A stretch of 63,161 nucleotides of DNA, counting the filler, from Nitrospirae bacterium CG2_30_53_67 (GTDB taxonomy: Bacteria; CG2-30-53-67), in the NCBI GenBank assembly GCA_001873285.1. It is 5 parts of 5 records of this genome, joined end to end, with 100 filler letters (N's around TTAATTAATTAA, not from the genome) between each part and the next. Parts side by side here need not be neighbours in the genome. Positions count along the whole stretch, not along the records: positions 1 to 15,855 come from MNYV01000124.1; positions 15,956 to 38,837 come from MNYV01000146.1; 3 more parts are not named here. The stretch is one strand, 5' to 3'. Positions within the stretch are counted from its first letter, which is position 1, and each line of letters begins with the position of its first letter. This document shows positions 13,487-24,375 of this stretch, one piece after another. The translations under genes and the position numbers were made by a program. The notes beneath the pieces are model-generated. The model searched no databases, was not told the origin of the DNA, and saw only the letters and a program-made list of their open reading frames with translations.

Positions 13487-15574
13487 GTGGGCAGAGATGA
13501 CGCTTTATCGAGATATAGAAACATCGGGATTATGGCCCATATCGATGCGGGAAAGACCACAACCACGGAACGGATCCTGTTCTATACGGGGATCTCCCAT
13601 AAAATGGGAGAGGTTCATGACGGCGCTGCGGTCATGGACTGGATGATCCAGGAGCAGGAGCGGGGCATCACCATCACCTCCGCCGCCACGACCTGCTTCT
13701 GGAAGGACCATCGGATCAATATCATTGATACCCCGGGCCATGTGGATTTTACCATTGAGGTGGAGCGCTCACTGCGTGTCCTCGATGGCGCCATCGCGGT
13801 GTTTTGTGCGGTCGGAGGCGTGGAACCCCAGTCTGAGACCGTCTGGAGACAGGCGGACAAGTACAGGGTTCCCCGAATCGCCTTTGTGAATAAGATGGAC
13901 CGTGTCGGCGCCGACTATATCAGATGTATTGACATGATCCGCTCACGGCTCGGATCCCGGCCCTTGGTGGTTCAGCTCCCGGTCGGCAAGGAAGAAGGCT
14001 TTGCAGGGGTCATCGACCTGGTCGGCATGCAGGCCATGCTTTGGGAGGGTGAAACCTCTCTCGGCCAGATCTATCATGTGACCGATATCCCTGAAGGTTT
14101 GAAGGAGGAGGCCGGTTCGTACCGTGAAAAGATGATCGAGACCCTGTCGGAATACGATGAAGGCATCCTGGAAGATTATTTGAAGGGGGCGGCTATTTCC
14201 GCCGATACCGTCCGCAAGGCCGTCCGCAGGGCCACGCTTGAACTCAAGATCGTCCCGGTGCTCTGCGGTTCGGCGTTCCGTAATAAAGGCGTGCAGCCCC
14301 TTCTGGATGCCGTGATTGATTATCTTCCCTCTCCCATGGATGTCCCACCCGTAGAGGGCTTCCAGCCCGGCACGGAAAAAAAGATCATTCGCAAGCCCGA
14401 TGACCATGAACCCTTTTCAGCCCTGGCCTTCAAGATCATGACCGATCCTTATGTAGGCCAGTTGACCTTCTTCCGTGTCTATTCAGGTCATCTGGAGGCC
14501 GGTGATCACGTTTATAACAGCCGCAGTCAGCGGCGTGAACGCGTGGGCCGGATTCTTCGGATGCATGCCAATAAACGGGAGGACATCAAAGAGGTTTCCG
14601 CCGGTGATATCGCAGCCGCAGTGGGTCTGAACAGCTGCATGACCGGCGATACGCTCTGCGATCAGAAGAAACAGATCGTCCTCGAATCCCTGGAGTTTCC
14701 GGATCCGGTGATATCCGTGGCCATTGAACCCAGGACCAAGGCCGATCAGGACAAGCTGGGGATCTCGCTTTCCAAACTCACGCAGGAAGACCCTTCCTTC
14801 CGGGTGCATACGGACCGGGAGACCGGACAGACCATTATTTCGGGGATGGGGGAGCTTCATCTGGAGATCATTGTGGATCGGCTGATGCGGGAGTTCAAGG
14901 TGGACGCCAACGTAGGAAAACCCCAGGTTGCCTATCGTGAGGCGCTCCACAAGAGCGTAGAGTCGGTCGGGCGTTTCATCCGGCAGACCGGCGGGCGAGG
15001 ACAATATGGGCACGTGGTCATCAAAATGATACCCTTGGCTCCAGGCTCCGGCGTCCTGTTTGAAGACAAGACCAAAGGGGGTGTGGTCCCCAGGGAATTC
15101 ATCAGCGCGGTAGAGAAGGGAGTCCGGGAGGCCCTTGCGGGCGGGGTTCTTGCTGGATATCCCATGGTTGACCTTCAGGTGAACCTCATTGACGGATCCT
15201 CCCATGACGTCGACTCCTCGGAGATTGCCTTTAAGATTGCAGGATCCATAGCCGTGAAGGAGGGGGCCGTCAAGGCAGCGCCGTATCTGCTGGAGCCGGT
15301 GATGTCGGTGGAAGTCGTGGTCCCTGAGAATTATATGGGGCAGGTGATCGGCGATTTAAATGCCAGGCGCGGTCACGTGATCGGGATGGAGTCCAGAGGG
15401 AACATCCAGGAGATCAAGGCGCATGTCCCCTTATCGGAGATGTTCGGATATTCCACGGATCTCCGTTCCGAAACCCAGGGAAGGGCTACGCATACCATGC
15501 AGTTTTCGCATTATCAGGAGGTTCCGCGCCAGATTTCTGATGAGATCATAGCGAAGATACAGGGAAGATTTTGA
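13487..15574 (+). CDS. fusA: Elongation factor G
   Basis: [34 protein letters not shown]; start approximate (GTG). Confidence 0.98.
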   Translation: MGRDDALSRYRNIGIMAHIDAGKTTTTERILFYTGISHKMGEVHDGAAVMDWMIQEQERGITITSAATTCFWKDHRINIIDTPGHVDFTIEVERSLRVLDGAIAVFCAVGGVEPQSETVWRQADKYRVPRIAFVNKMDRVGADYIRCIDMIRSRLGSRPLVVQLPVGKEEGFAGVIDLVGMQAMLWEGETSLGQIYHVTDIPEGLKEEAGSYREKMIETLSEYDEGILEDYLKGAAISADTVRKAVRRATLELKIVPVLCGSAFRNKGVQPLLDAVIDYLPSPMDVPPVEGFQPGTEKKIIRKPDDHEPFSALAFKIMTDPYVGQLTFFRVYSGHLEAGDHVYNSRSQRRERVGRILRMHANKREDIKEVSAGDIAAAVGLNSCMTGDTLCDQKKQIVLESLEFPDPVISVAIEPRTKADQDKLGISLSKLTQEDPSFRVHTDRETGQTIISGMGELHLEIIVDRLMREFKVDANVGKPQVAYREALHKSVESVGRFIRQTGGRGQYGHVVIKMIPLAPGSGVLFEDKTKGGVVPREFISAVEKGVREALAGGVLAGYPMVDLQVNLIDGSSHDVDSSEIAFKIAGSIAVKEGAVKAAPYLLEPVMSVEVVVPENYMGQVIGDLNARRGHVIGMESRGNIQEIKAHVPLSEMFGYSTDLRSETQGRATHTMQFSHYQEVPRQISDEIIAKIQGRF

Positions 15575-15600
15575 AATTTCAAATTTCAAATTTGAAATTC
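15568..15600. repeat. Short heptamer repeat overlapping the fusA stop
   Basis: TTTGAAATTTCAAATTTCAAATTTGAAATT. Confidence 0.7.
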
Positions 15601-15625
15601 GTTTCTCAGAAAAGGAGGGAGATCC

Positions 15626-15855
15626 ATGGCGAAGGCTAAATTTGAACGGACGAAGCCTCATGTGAACATTGGGACCATCGGTCACGTGGATCACGGGAAG
15701 ACGACGTTGACGGCGGCCATCACCCGGGTGTTGTCGAACCGGGGTTTGGCGGAATACAAGGCCTTTGATCAGATCGACAATGCGCCGGAGGAGCGGGAGC
15801 GCGGGATCACGATAGCGACGGCGCACGTAGAGTATGAGAGCGTAAATCGTCACTA
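15626..15855 (+). CDS. tuf: Elongation factor Tu, 5' part (second copy, truncated at contig edge)
   Basis: [33 protein letters not shown]...ERGITI. Confidence 0.98.
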
Positions 15856-15955
15856 NNNNNNNNNNNNNNNNNNNNNNNNNNNNNNNNNNNNNNNNNNNNT
15901 TAATTAATTAANNNNNNNNNNNNNNNNNNNNNNNNNNNNNNNNNNNNNNNNNNNN
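15856..15955. other. Artificial contig linker
   Basis: N-run + TTAATTAATTAA + N-run, 100 nt. Confidence 0.99.
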
Positions 15956-17514
15956 TGCGGCACAAAATCCTCTTTATCCTCCCCATCATCGTCCTCTTCG
16001 TGGTCAGCATGAAGCAGATACCTCTTGCCGGACGGGACCTGATGCCGCCCATGGACACGGGGATCATCAAGATCGCCTTTGAGACTGAATCCGACGCCTC
16101 CCTGTCCGCGACCGAGGCGGCTGCGGAAAAGATCGAAGCAATTCTCAAGAAGATGCCGGGGATGGAGAATATCTCCACGACCGTGGGATCCGAGATCGGC
16201 GTCATCAGCTTCGGGACCGGACGCATCCCGCAGCAGGGACTCATGACCGTGCACTTCGTGGACCGTTTTCACCGGGACAAGACCATCTGGCAGTTGGAGG
16301 ATGATATCCGTGAACAGGCCGCCGGAATTCCCGGGCTCAAGTCCCTGGACGTCTATGATTTCGGGGCCACGCCCCTCTCCTCGATCAGCGCTCCCGTGGA
16401 CGTGATGATCTCCGGCCCCGATCCTAAGGTCCTGGACTCCCTGGCCGATCAAGCGGCGGAGCGGCTCCGGAAGGTACGGGGTCTCACCACGGTGACGCGA
16501 TCCTGGACCCTGGACAAGCGGCAACTCCTTCTCACCATAGACGTGGAAAAATCAAGCCGGTACGGCGTGGGGCCCGTGGAGATCAGCCGTCAGCTCACAG
16601 AGGCCCTCAAAGGCGGGCCGGCCTCGGTCCTGCGGGTCCCGGGTGAGGACGGCTACCTGATCCGGGTCCGTTATCCTGAAGGGGCCAGGGACAGTCTTTC
16701 CGCGCTAAAGGCCGTGCAGATCGCTACACAACTGGGGCCGGCGCCGCTCTCCGAGCTCGCGGTCGTGAAAAAGGGAGTGACACGAACCCGCTTCACCCGC
16801 CAGGACCTGCAACCCACGGTGGACATCTACGGGTACCGGGGGACCACCGCCATCTCACACCTCCAGGAACGGGTGCAGAAGGCCCTCTCCGGCCTTCCGC
16901 TCCCGCCGGGCTATTATATCAGTCATGAAGGAGAAATCAAGAACATGGAGGAGGCAGGGGGCAGACTCAAGCGCGCCCTGCTCCTGGCCGTGATCCTCCT
17001 CTTCTTCTCCCTGGCGCCCACCTTCCGGTCCTGGGCCAACCCGGTCACGATCATGTCCGCCATCCCCCTGGCCATGATCGGCGGGGCCTGGGGGCTCCTG
17101 ATCACGGGCCGGCACGCCTGCATGCCCTCGAACATGGGGATGATCCTGCTCGCGGGGATCGTGGTGAACAACTCCATCCTGCTCATCGACTTCATCGAGA
17201 AGGCCCGGGCCAAAGGAGCGGAGATCCAGGACGCCATCGAGCAGGCCGTCCGGGTCCGGACCCGGCCCATCCTCATGACCGCAGCCGGCACCATCGTGGG
17301 GATGCTCCCCATCGCCGCCCAGCGGGCCTTGGGATTGGAGAGGCTTTCCCCCCTCGCAGTGGTCGCCATCGGAGGACTCTTCGTGGCCACCTTTCTGACT
17401 CTGATCTACGTGCCGATCTTCTACAGTCTCATGGACGGCCTCCGTCAGCGAGGAAAAAGCTGGGTCGAAAAACGGCGCGCCGCGTCGTCCGCCGTCCCAG
17501 GGCCTGAACTTTGA
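15956..17514 (+). CDS. RND efflux permease (AcrB/CusA-like), C-terminal half
   Basis: GIVVNNSILLIDF, RTRPILMT, PLAVVAIGGL motifs; 5' end lost at the contig edge. Confidence 0.9.
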
Positions 17515-17763
17515 TCATGAGAGGATTGTCCGGCGTTCCCCATCAGGGGTTCGGATACCGCCTCGCCTGCATGGGTTTGTTAGCGGTGCTATTTGAATTG
17601 GTCGTCCGATTTCCGGCTGAACATGTCAAAGACCATCCCAAAAACAGAGGAGGTGACTTGACAGGGATACGGAATAGCGGTAAATAAGGCAGCGGGAATT
17701 TTCGCGGCACTCGTCAGGGGGGGGCGTGTTAAGACCGCTCCTGTTTGAAAGTGAAAGGCCTCC

Positions 17764-18966
17764 ATGGAAGATGGACGGTTAAAAAGGATCCTGACGATCA
17801 ACAGCGGTTCTTCCAGCATCAAGTTTTCCCTGTACCGGATGGGACAGCGGGAGACGCTGGCCCTCAGAGGCGAAATCCAGGGGATCGGTCTCTCCGGAAG
17901 TCTCTTCCACGCCGGGAACGCGGACGGCACAAGCCTGATCAAAGAGCAGCGGGACCTCCCGGACCACACTGCGGCCTTGAAGGTCATCCTGGAATGGCTG
18001 CACGAGAATTCCCTGGACCGGGACCTGAACGCGGCGGGGCACAGGGTGGTGCACGGCGGAACGCAGTACAGCCGGCCGCGTCTCATCACCCCGGATCTGC
18101 TTGCGGAGCTCAGAAGACTCAGCCCCTTCGTGCCGGAACATCTTCCCCACGAACTCGACGCCATCGATGCGATCCGCCGGCACGATCCCGCCCTCCAGCA
18201 GGTTGCGTGCTTCGACACTATGTTTCACCGGCAGATGCCCCGCGTGGCCCAGCTCTATCCGCTCCCCAAGAAGCTTCGGGACCTGGGCATCCTCCGCTAC
18301 GGCTTTCACGGTCTTTCCTATGAGTATATCATGGAGGAGCTGCGGCGGGAGGCCGGCGAAGAGGCGGCCGGCGGCCGCATCATCATCGCCCACCTCGGTC
18401 ACGGGGCCAGCATGGCCGCCGTGCACAAGGGGAGATGCCTGGATACCACCATGGGCTTTACCCCGGCCGGGGGTCTGGTCATGAGCACCCGTACCGGGGA
18501 TCTGGACCCCGGTGTGCTCCTCTACCTTCTGGAGCAAGAGGGGATGGCCCCCCGAGAGCTGAATGAACTTGTAAATCGCAGGGCCGGTCTTCTGGGGGTT
18601 TCCGGCATCACCGGCGATATGAAAGAACTCCTGGAACGGGAGGCGGATGAACCGCAGGCCAAGGATGCCGTGGATCTCTTCTGCTGCCAGGCCAGGAAAT
18701 TTCTGGGCGGCCTGGCCGCGGTTCTGGGCGGGGTGGACACCCTGGTCTTCACCGGCGGGATCGGGGAGAACGCGCCCGAGGTGCGGCGGCGCATCTCAGT
18801 CAGGCTGGAATTCCTGGGGCTCGATCTTGATCCGGAGCAAAACCTGAGAAACGCGGCCATCATCTCAGAATCCGGCTCTCCGGCGACCGTCCGTATCATC
18901 CATACCAATGAAGAGCTGATGATCGCCCGGCACACGTATATGCTTCTTTCTCAGACCAACGCGTAA
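17764..18966 (+). CDS. ackA: Acetate kinase
   Basis: INSGSSSIKF, GHRVVHGG, FDTMFH, RYGFHGLSY, DTTMGFTP, FTGGIGEN, TNEELMIA. Confidence 0.95.
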   Translation: MEDGRLKRILTINSGSSSIKFSLYRMGQRETLALRGEIQGIGLSGSLFHAGNADGTSLIKEQRDLPDHTAALKVILEWLHENSLDRDLNAAGHRVVHGGTQYSRPRLITPDLLAELRRLSPFVPEHLPHELDAIDAIRRHDPALQQVACFDTMFHRQMPRVAQLYPLPKKLRDLGILRYGFHGLSYEYIMEELRREAGEEAAGGRIIIAHLGHGASMAAVHKGRCLDTTMGFTPAGGLVMSTRTGDLDPGVLLYLLEQEGMAPRELNELVNRRAGLLGVSGITGDMKELLEREADEPQAKDAVDLFCCQARKFLGGLAAVLGGVDTLVFTGGIGENAPEVRRRISVRLEFLGLDLDPEQNLRNAAIISESGSPATVRIIHTNEELMIARHTYMLLSQTNA

Positions 18967-19011
18967 GAAAAGGAGCATGCTCTCGCAGGAACGGGTGAAG
19001 ACTTCAGGGCT

Positions 19012-19270
19012 GAAGGGTTCGAGGGGCCAAGGATCCAAGGGGTCAAGTGAAGTGTGAGAAAAAGACAAGTGACAGACAAGAAACTTAGGGACTCAGAAGT
19101 TCTCAAACATTGCAGGAAGTTAAAGGTGTTGTCTTTTACTTGGACCCTCGGCCCCTTGACCCAGAGATACCTTAGTGTAGTGGCCGTTGTAGACGGCAAA
19201 GATTGAGAAAAGCGGGGCACGCGAAGCGTAATCCTTGAACCCTTTTTACCCGGGAAATGGGATAAGAACC
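19012..19270 (+). repeat. Family A repeat copy carrying a nested ~71-bp module (19160-19230)
   Basis: GGGTTCGAGGGGCCAAGGATCCAAGGGGTCAAGTGAA ... TTTTTACCCGGGAAATGGGATAAGAACC. Confidence 0.85.
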
Positions 19271-19288
19271 AATAAGAAGGAGCGTACA

Positions 19289-21661
19289 ATGAATAAATCT
19301 CTTTCCACGGATCAGTTAAAGAATATGGACGCCTACTGGCGGGCGGCCAACTACCTCTCGGTGGGACAGATCTATCTCTACGACAATCCCCTGCTCAAAG
19401 AACCTCTAACTCTCAATCACATCAAGCCCCGCCTCCTGGGGCACTGGGGGACCACGCCGGGACTTAACTTTATCTACGTGCATCTCAACCGCGTCATCCG
19501 CGAACAGAATCTCAATATGATCTACATCGCCGGCCCAGGTCACGGAGGTCCCGGCCTGGTCGCGAACACCTATCTGGAAGGAACGTATAGCGAATTCTAT
19601 CCCGACATCTCTCGGGATGCTGAGGGGATGAAGAAGCTCTTCCGCCAGTTTTCTTTCCCGGGCGGTATTCCAAGCCACGTGGCCCCCGAGACCCCGGGCT
19701 CCATCCATGAAGGGGGGGAGCTGGGCTACTCGATCGCCCACGCCTATGGCGCGGTCTTTGACAATCCCGACCTCATTGCCGCCTGCGTGGTGGGCGACGG
19801 GGAGGCAGAAACCGGCCCTCTGGCCGCAGCATGGCATTCGAACAAATTTCTCAATCCCGTCCGTGACGGCGCCGTGCTTCCCATCCTGCACCTGAACGGC
19901 TACAAGATCGCCAATCCCGCGGTTCTTGCCCGCATCCCTCATGCGGAGTTGGAGAGTCTCTTTGCGGGTTACGGTTACAAGCCTTATTTTGTAGAGGGCG
20001 AAGATCCAGGGCTGATGCACCGGGCCATGGCTGAAACCCTGGACACTGTATTCGGCAAGATCAAGACCATTCAGGAAAAGGCCCGGACCAGAGGTCTGAC
20101 CGGCCGTCCCCGTTGGCCCATGATCGTCCTGCGAACCCCCAAGGGATGGACCGGCCCCAAGGAGGTCGATGGACTCAAGACCGAGGGGTTCTGGCGGTCG
20201 CACCAGGTCCCCCTGTCCGAGATGGCGGCCAAGCCCGGACACGTGAAGCTCCTCGAAACATGGATGAAGGGCTACCGGTCCGAGGAACTCTTTGATGAGA
20301 ACGGATCTTTGCGTCCCGAACTCGCCGAGCTTGCGCCCAAGGGAGAGCGCCGTATGGGGGCCAACCCCCATGCCAACGGAGGTCTTCTGCTCCGTGACCT
20401 GAAACTTCCGGACTTCAAGGATTATGCCGTGGAGGCGCCGGAGCCGGGCCGGGTCTCGGCCGAGGCGACCCGCGTCATGGGCCGTTTCCTGCGAGATGTG
20501 ATGAAACGTAATATGGAAGAGAGGAATTTCCGCGTCTTCGGTCCGGATGAGACCGCCTCGAACCGTCTGAGCGCCCTGTTCGAGGTCACGGATCGGACCT
20601 GGATGGACCCGACCATCCCCGAAGATGACCATCTCTCCCCGGACGGCCGTGTCATGGAGATCCTGAGCGAGCATACCTGCCAGGGCTGGCTGGAGGGGTA
20701 TCTTCTCACGGGCCGGCACGGCTTCTTCTCCTGCTACGAGGCCTTCATCCATATTATCGATTCCATGTTCAACCAGCACGCCAAGTGGCTCAAGGTGACG
20801 AGGGACGAAATCCCCTGGCGGCGGCCCATCGCCTCCCTCAACTATCTGCTGACTTCCCACGTCTGGCGCCAGGACCACAACGGCTTTTCCCACCAGGACC
20901 CGGGCTTCATAGATCACGTGGTCAACAAGAAGGCCGACATCGTCCGGGTCTACTTCCCGCCTGATGCCAACACCCTCCTCTCGGTCACGGATCATTGTCT
21001 CAGGAGCCGGAACTATGTGAATGTCATCGTGGCCGGGAAACAGCCCGCGCTCCAGTACCTGGACATGGATGCGGCGGTCAAGCACTGCTCCTCGGGCATC
21101 GGGATCTGGGAGTGGGCGAGCAGTGATTTCGGCGCCGACCCCGACGTGGTCATGGCCTGTGCCGGGGATGTTCCCACGCTGGAGACCCTGGCCGCCGTGG
21201 ACCTGCTCCGCGAACATGTGCCGGATCTTAAGATCCGCGTAATCAACGTCGTGGACCTCATGACCCTCCAGCCCAGGGAAGAACATCCCCACGGGCTTTC
21301 GGACAATGATTTCGACGACCTCTTCACCGCGGACAAACCGATCATCTTTGCCTTCCACGGCTATCCCTGGCTGATCCACCGGCTGACGTACCGGCGGACC
21401 AACCATAAGAACCTGCACGTGCGGGGCTACAAGGAAGAGGGAACCACGACCACCCCTTTTGACATGGCCGTCCGCAATGATCTGGACCGGTTCCATCTGA
21501 CGGCGGACGTGATCGACCGCGTGCCCAAACTCGATGCCATCGCGGCCTATACAAAACAGTTCATCCGGGACAAGTTGATTGAACACCGGGAGTATATCAC
21601 CCGCTACGGCCAGGACATGCCTGAAATTCTGAAATGGACATGGAAAGGCGGCAAGAGATGA
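19289..21661 (+). CDS. xfp: Xylulose-5-P/fructose-6-P phosphoketolase
   Basis: [32 protein letters not shown] motif, [18 protein letters not shown] 19289 after AAGGAG. Confidence 0.97.
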   Translation: MNKSLSTDQLKNMDAYWRAANYLSVGQIYLYDNPLLKEPLTLNHIKPRLLGHWGTTPGLNFIYVHLNRVIREQNLNMIYIAGPGHGGPGLVANTYLEGTYSEFYPDISRDAEGMKKLFRQFSFPGGIPSHVAPETPGSIHEGGELGYSIAHAYGAVFDNPDLIAACVVGDGEAETGPLAAAWHSNKFLNPVRDGAVLPILHLNGYKIANPAVLARIPHAELESLFAGYGYKPYFVEGEDPGLMHRAMAETLDTVFGKIKTIQEKARTRGLTGRPRWPMIVLRTPKGWTGPKEVDGLKTEGFWRSHQVPLSEMAAKPGHVKLLETWMKGYRSEELFDENGSLRPELAELAPKGERRMGANPHANGGLLLRDLKLPDFKDYAVEAPEPGRVSAEATRVMGRFLRDVMKRNMEERNFRVFGPDETASNRLSALFEVTDRTWMDPTIPEDDHLSPDGRVMEILSEHTCQGWLEGYLLTGRHGFFSCYEAFIHIIDSMFNQHAKWLKVTRDEIPWRRPIASLNYLLTSHVWRQDHNGFSHQDPGFIDHVVNKKADIVRVYFPPDANTLLSVTDHCLRSRNYVNVIVAGKQPALQYLDMDAAVKHCSSGIGIWEWASSDFGADPDVVMACAGDVPTLETLAAVDLLREHVPDLKIRVINVVDLMTLQPREEHPHGLSDNDFDDLFTADKPIIFAFHGYPWLIHRLTYRRTNHKNLHVRGYKEEGTTTTPFDMAVRNDLDRFHLTADVIDRVPKLDAIAAYTKQFIRDKLIEHREYITRYGQDMPEILKWTWKGGKR

Positions 21662-21788
21662 GAAAGTGAGCAGGGACTCGGACCGGCCGGCGCCTGCGCG
21701 GCGCATGGACACATGAAAGACCAACAGAAACCACAGAGCTCTGTGGTTATATCTTGACGCTACCTGATAACAGATAAGGAGCAGAACC

Positions 21789-24362
21789 ATGGAGACCACA
21801 CCCTTTTTCCCTCGAAAACTTCCCGCCGGCCTGGAGCCGTGGGCAACCCTGGTGACCGACCTCCGCTGGATGTGGAGTCATGCCGGTGATGCCCTGTGGA
21901 GTGACGTGGACCCGGAAACATGGGAACGGACAAAAAGTCCCTACGTGGTCCTGCAGAACCTTTCACGGGAGCGCCTGGAGGATCTGGCCGGAGATGCAAA
22001 ATTCAGGAAAGAGCTCAAGCGTCTGGCTAAGGACCGAGAGTCGTATCTTGGCTGTTCCTGTTGGAGCCACGGGATTTTCGGGGAGACCCATGCGCCCACG
22101 ATCGCCTACTTCAGCATGGAGTTCGGTTTGAGCGAGGCCCTGCCCATCTATGCCGGAGGTCTGGGGATCCTTGCAGGAGACTACCTCAAGGCGGCGAGCG
22201 ACCTGGGCGTGCCGGTGGTCGGCGTGGGCCTGCTCTATCAGGAAGGGTATTTCCGGCAGGTCATCGATGCCGGCGGCTGGCAGCAGGAGGTCTATCCGTA
22301 TAATGATCCCACGAGCCTCCCCATTACGCCGGTACTTGCGGAAAACGGGACCTGGCTCCACGTCTCCTTCGATGCCCCCGGACGAACCGTACGCTTCCGA
22401 GTCTGGAAGGCTGAAGTCGGCCGGGTCATGCTCTACCTCCTGGACAGCAACGATCCATTAAACAGTCCGAACGACCGGGGCATCACCGGCAAGCTCTACG
22501 GCGGAGGGCAGGAGATGCGCCTGGCCCAGGAGATCGCCTTGGGGATCTGCGGCTGGCAGTTGATTGAGGCGCTCGGTCTCCCCGTGGAGGTCTGCCATCT
22601 TAACGAGGGGCACGCGGCCTTCGTGACTCTGGAACGGGCACGCCGCCTCATGGAGCAAAACCACCTAAATTTCTGGGAGGCGCTCTGGGCCACGAGGGCG
22701 GGCAATGTCTTTACCACGCATACGCCGGTTGCCGCCGGCTTCGATATCTTCCCCCGGGAGCTTCTGGAAAAATACGGCCGGGATTATGCAGACCGCCTCG
22801 GCGTTTCTCCCCATGAGTTGGCGGCCCTGGGGCGTAAGAACCCCGATGACACCCAAGAGCCGTTCAATATGGCCTACCTCGCGCTCCGCACCTGCGGAAT
22901 CACCAACGGGGTGAGCCGCCTGCACGGAGAGGTCAGCCGCCGGATCTTTCAGGATCTTTTCCCGCGATGGCCTGATCACGAGGTGCCGGTGACTCATGTC
23001 ACCAACGGGGTGCATGTTCCCTCCTGGGATTCGCCCTGGGCGGATGAGGCCTGGACCCAGGTCTGCGGTAAGGAACGCTGGCAGGGGACCCTTAAGGCCC
23101 TGACCGGGACTATCCTGAAAAAAATGAGCGATGAGGACTTGTGGTCCTTTTGCAGTGCGGAACGGGCGGACCTGGTGGACTATGCCCGCAGGCGCCTTGC
23201 CCTTCACCTGGGACAGCGCGGACTGCCGCCGGACCGGGTGGCCCTGTCGGAAAAGGTCCTGGACCCCCATGTGCTCACCCTGGGATTTGCCCGCCGCTTT
23301 GCCGAGTACAAGCGCCCGAATCTCCTGCTCCAGGACACGGAGCGGCTGGTTCGTCTGCTGGGCAACCCGGACCGGCCCGTGCAGATCATCGTGGCCGGCA
23401 AGGCCCATCCGCAGGACGAGACCGGCAAACGCCTGGTGCAGGAATGGGCCCGGTTCGTGGAACGGCCGGAGGTGCGTGCCCACGCGGTTTTTCTGGAGGA
23501 CTACGACATGAACCTCGCCCAGGAACTGGTACAGGGTGTGGATGTCTGGCTCAACACCCCTCGGCGGCCCTGGGAGGCGTCGGGGACGAGCGGCATGAAA
23601 GTCCTGGTCAACGGCGGCCTCAACCTTTCCTCCCTCGACGGCTGGTGGGCCGAGGCCTACTCCCCGGATGTGGGCTGGGCCCTCGGCGATGGTCAGGAGC
23701 GCCCTGCGGGGGAGTGGGACCGCGTGGAAGCGGAACAGCTATACCGGCTCCTGGAGGAGGAGGTCGTCCCGGAATTCTACGACCGGGACGAGGCCGGACT
23801 CCCCAGGGCCTGGATCCAGCGGATGCGGGCGAGTATGGCCCACCTCACGCCCCGTTTCAGCAGCAACCGCATGGTGCGGGAATACGCGGAAAAACTCTAC
23901 CTCCCTGCCGCGGCAGCGTTTCAACGCAGAATGGCGAGAAAAGGGCGCCTGGCCAAGGAGCTCCGGGCGTGGGAACGGACCCTCGCGGATCACTGGCATG
24001 AGGTCCAATGGGGGGATCTTGCGGCAATTCAGGAGCAAGACGGCTGGACCTTCGAGGTCCGGCTTGATCTCGGTGGAATTCCGCCGGACTTTGTTCAAGT
24101 GCAGCTTTACGCGGACCCTGTGGGTTCCGAAGAACCGATACGGCAGGTGATGAAACGTCGTGCCGGGGTCCCGGTCGCGGCAAAGGGTGATCGGTATGTC
24201 TGCCGTGTCAAGACCTCGCGTCCGCCCGCGCATTTTACGCCCCGCCTCGTCGCCCGTCACCTCGACGCACGGATACCGGCAGAGTGCAGCCTGATTCTAT
24301 GGTATTCGGGGGCCTTAGTTCTGTTAAAACGCGCTCAAACCCTCGTGCGCAATTTATCCTGA
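21789..24362 (+). CDS. glgP: Alpha-glucan (glycogen) phosphorylase
   Basis: YFSMEFGL...YAGGLGILAGD, HLNEGH, FARRFAEYKR, EASGTSGMK (PLP lysine). Confidence 0.95.
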   Translation: METTPFFPRKLPAGLEPWATLVTDLRWMWSHAGDALWSDVDPETWERTKSPYVVLQNLSRERLEDLAGDAKFRKELKRLAKDRESYLGCSCWSHGIFGETHAPTIAYFSMEFGLSEALPIYAGGLGILAGDYLKAASDLGVPVVGVGLLYQEGYFRQVIDAGGWQQEVYPYNDPTSLPITPVLAENGTWLHVSFDAPGRTVRFRVWKAEVGRVMLYLLDSNDPLNSPNDRGITGKLYGGGQEMRLAQEIALGICGWQLIEALGLPVEVCHLNEGHAAFVTLERARRLMEQNHLNFWEALWATRAGNVFTTHTPVAAGFDIFPRELLEKYGRDYADRLGVSPHELAALGRKNPDDTQEPFNMAYLALRTCGITNGVSRLHGEVSRRIFQDLFPRWPDHEVPVTHVTNGVHVPSWDSPWADEAWTQVCGKERWQGTLKALTGTILKKMSDEDLWSFCSAERADLVDYARRRLALHLGQRGLPPDRVALSEKVLDPHVLTLGFARRFAEYKRPNLLLQDTERLVRLLGNPDRPVQIIVAGKAHPQDETGKRLVQEWARFVERPEVRAHAVFLEDYDMNLAQELVQGVDVWLNTPRRPWEASGTSGMKVLVNGGLNLSSLDGWWAEAYSPDVGWALGDGQERPAGEWDRVEAEQLYRLLEEEVVPEFYDRDEAGLPRAWIQRMRASMAHLTPRFSSNRMVREYAEKLYLPAAAAFQRRMARKGRLAKELRAWERTLADHWHEVQWGDLAAIQEQDGWTFEVRLDLGGIPPDFVQVQLYADPVGSEEPIRQVMKRRAGVPVAAKGDRYVCRVKTSRPPAHFTPRLVARHLDARIPAECSLILWYSGALVLLKRAQTLVRNLS

Positions 24363-24375
24363 CAGAAAGCGGCTT

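Noticed and set aside
17520..17760. Riboswitch or strong promoter upstream of ackA
   Set aside because: TTGACA is present but has no good -10 at proper spacing, and I see no recognisable aptamer.
19406..21799. 797-aa antisense ORF opposite xfp (also 10551-12401 opposite rpoC and 28157-29341 opposite norD)
   Set aside because: Shadow frames of GC3-rich conserved genes with no recognisable motifs.
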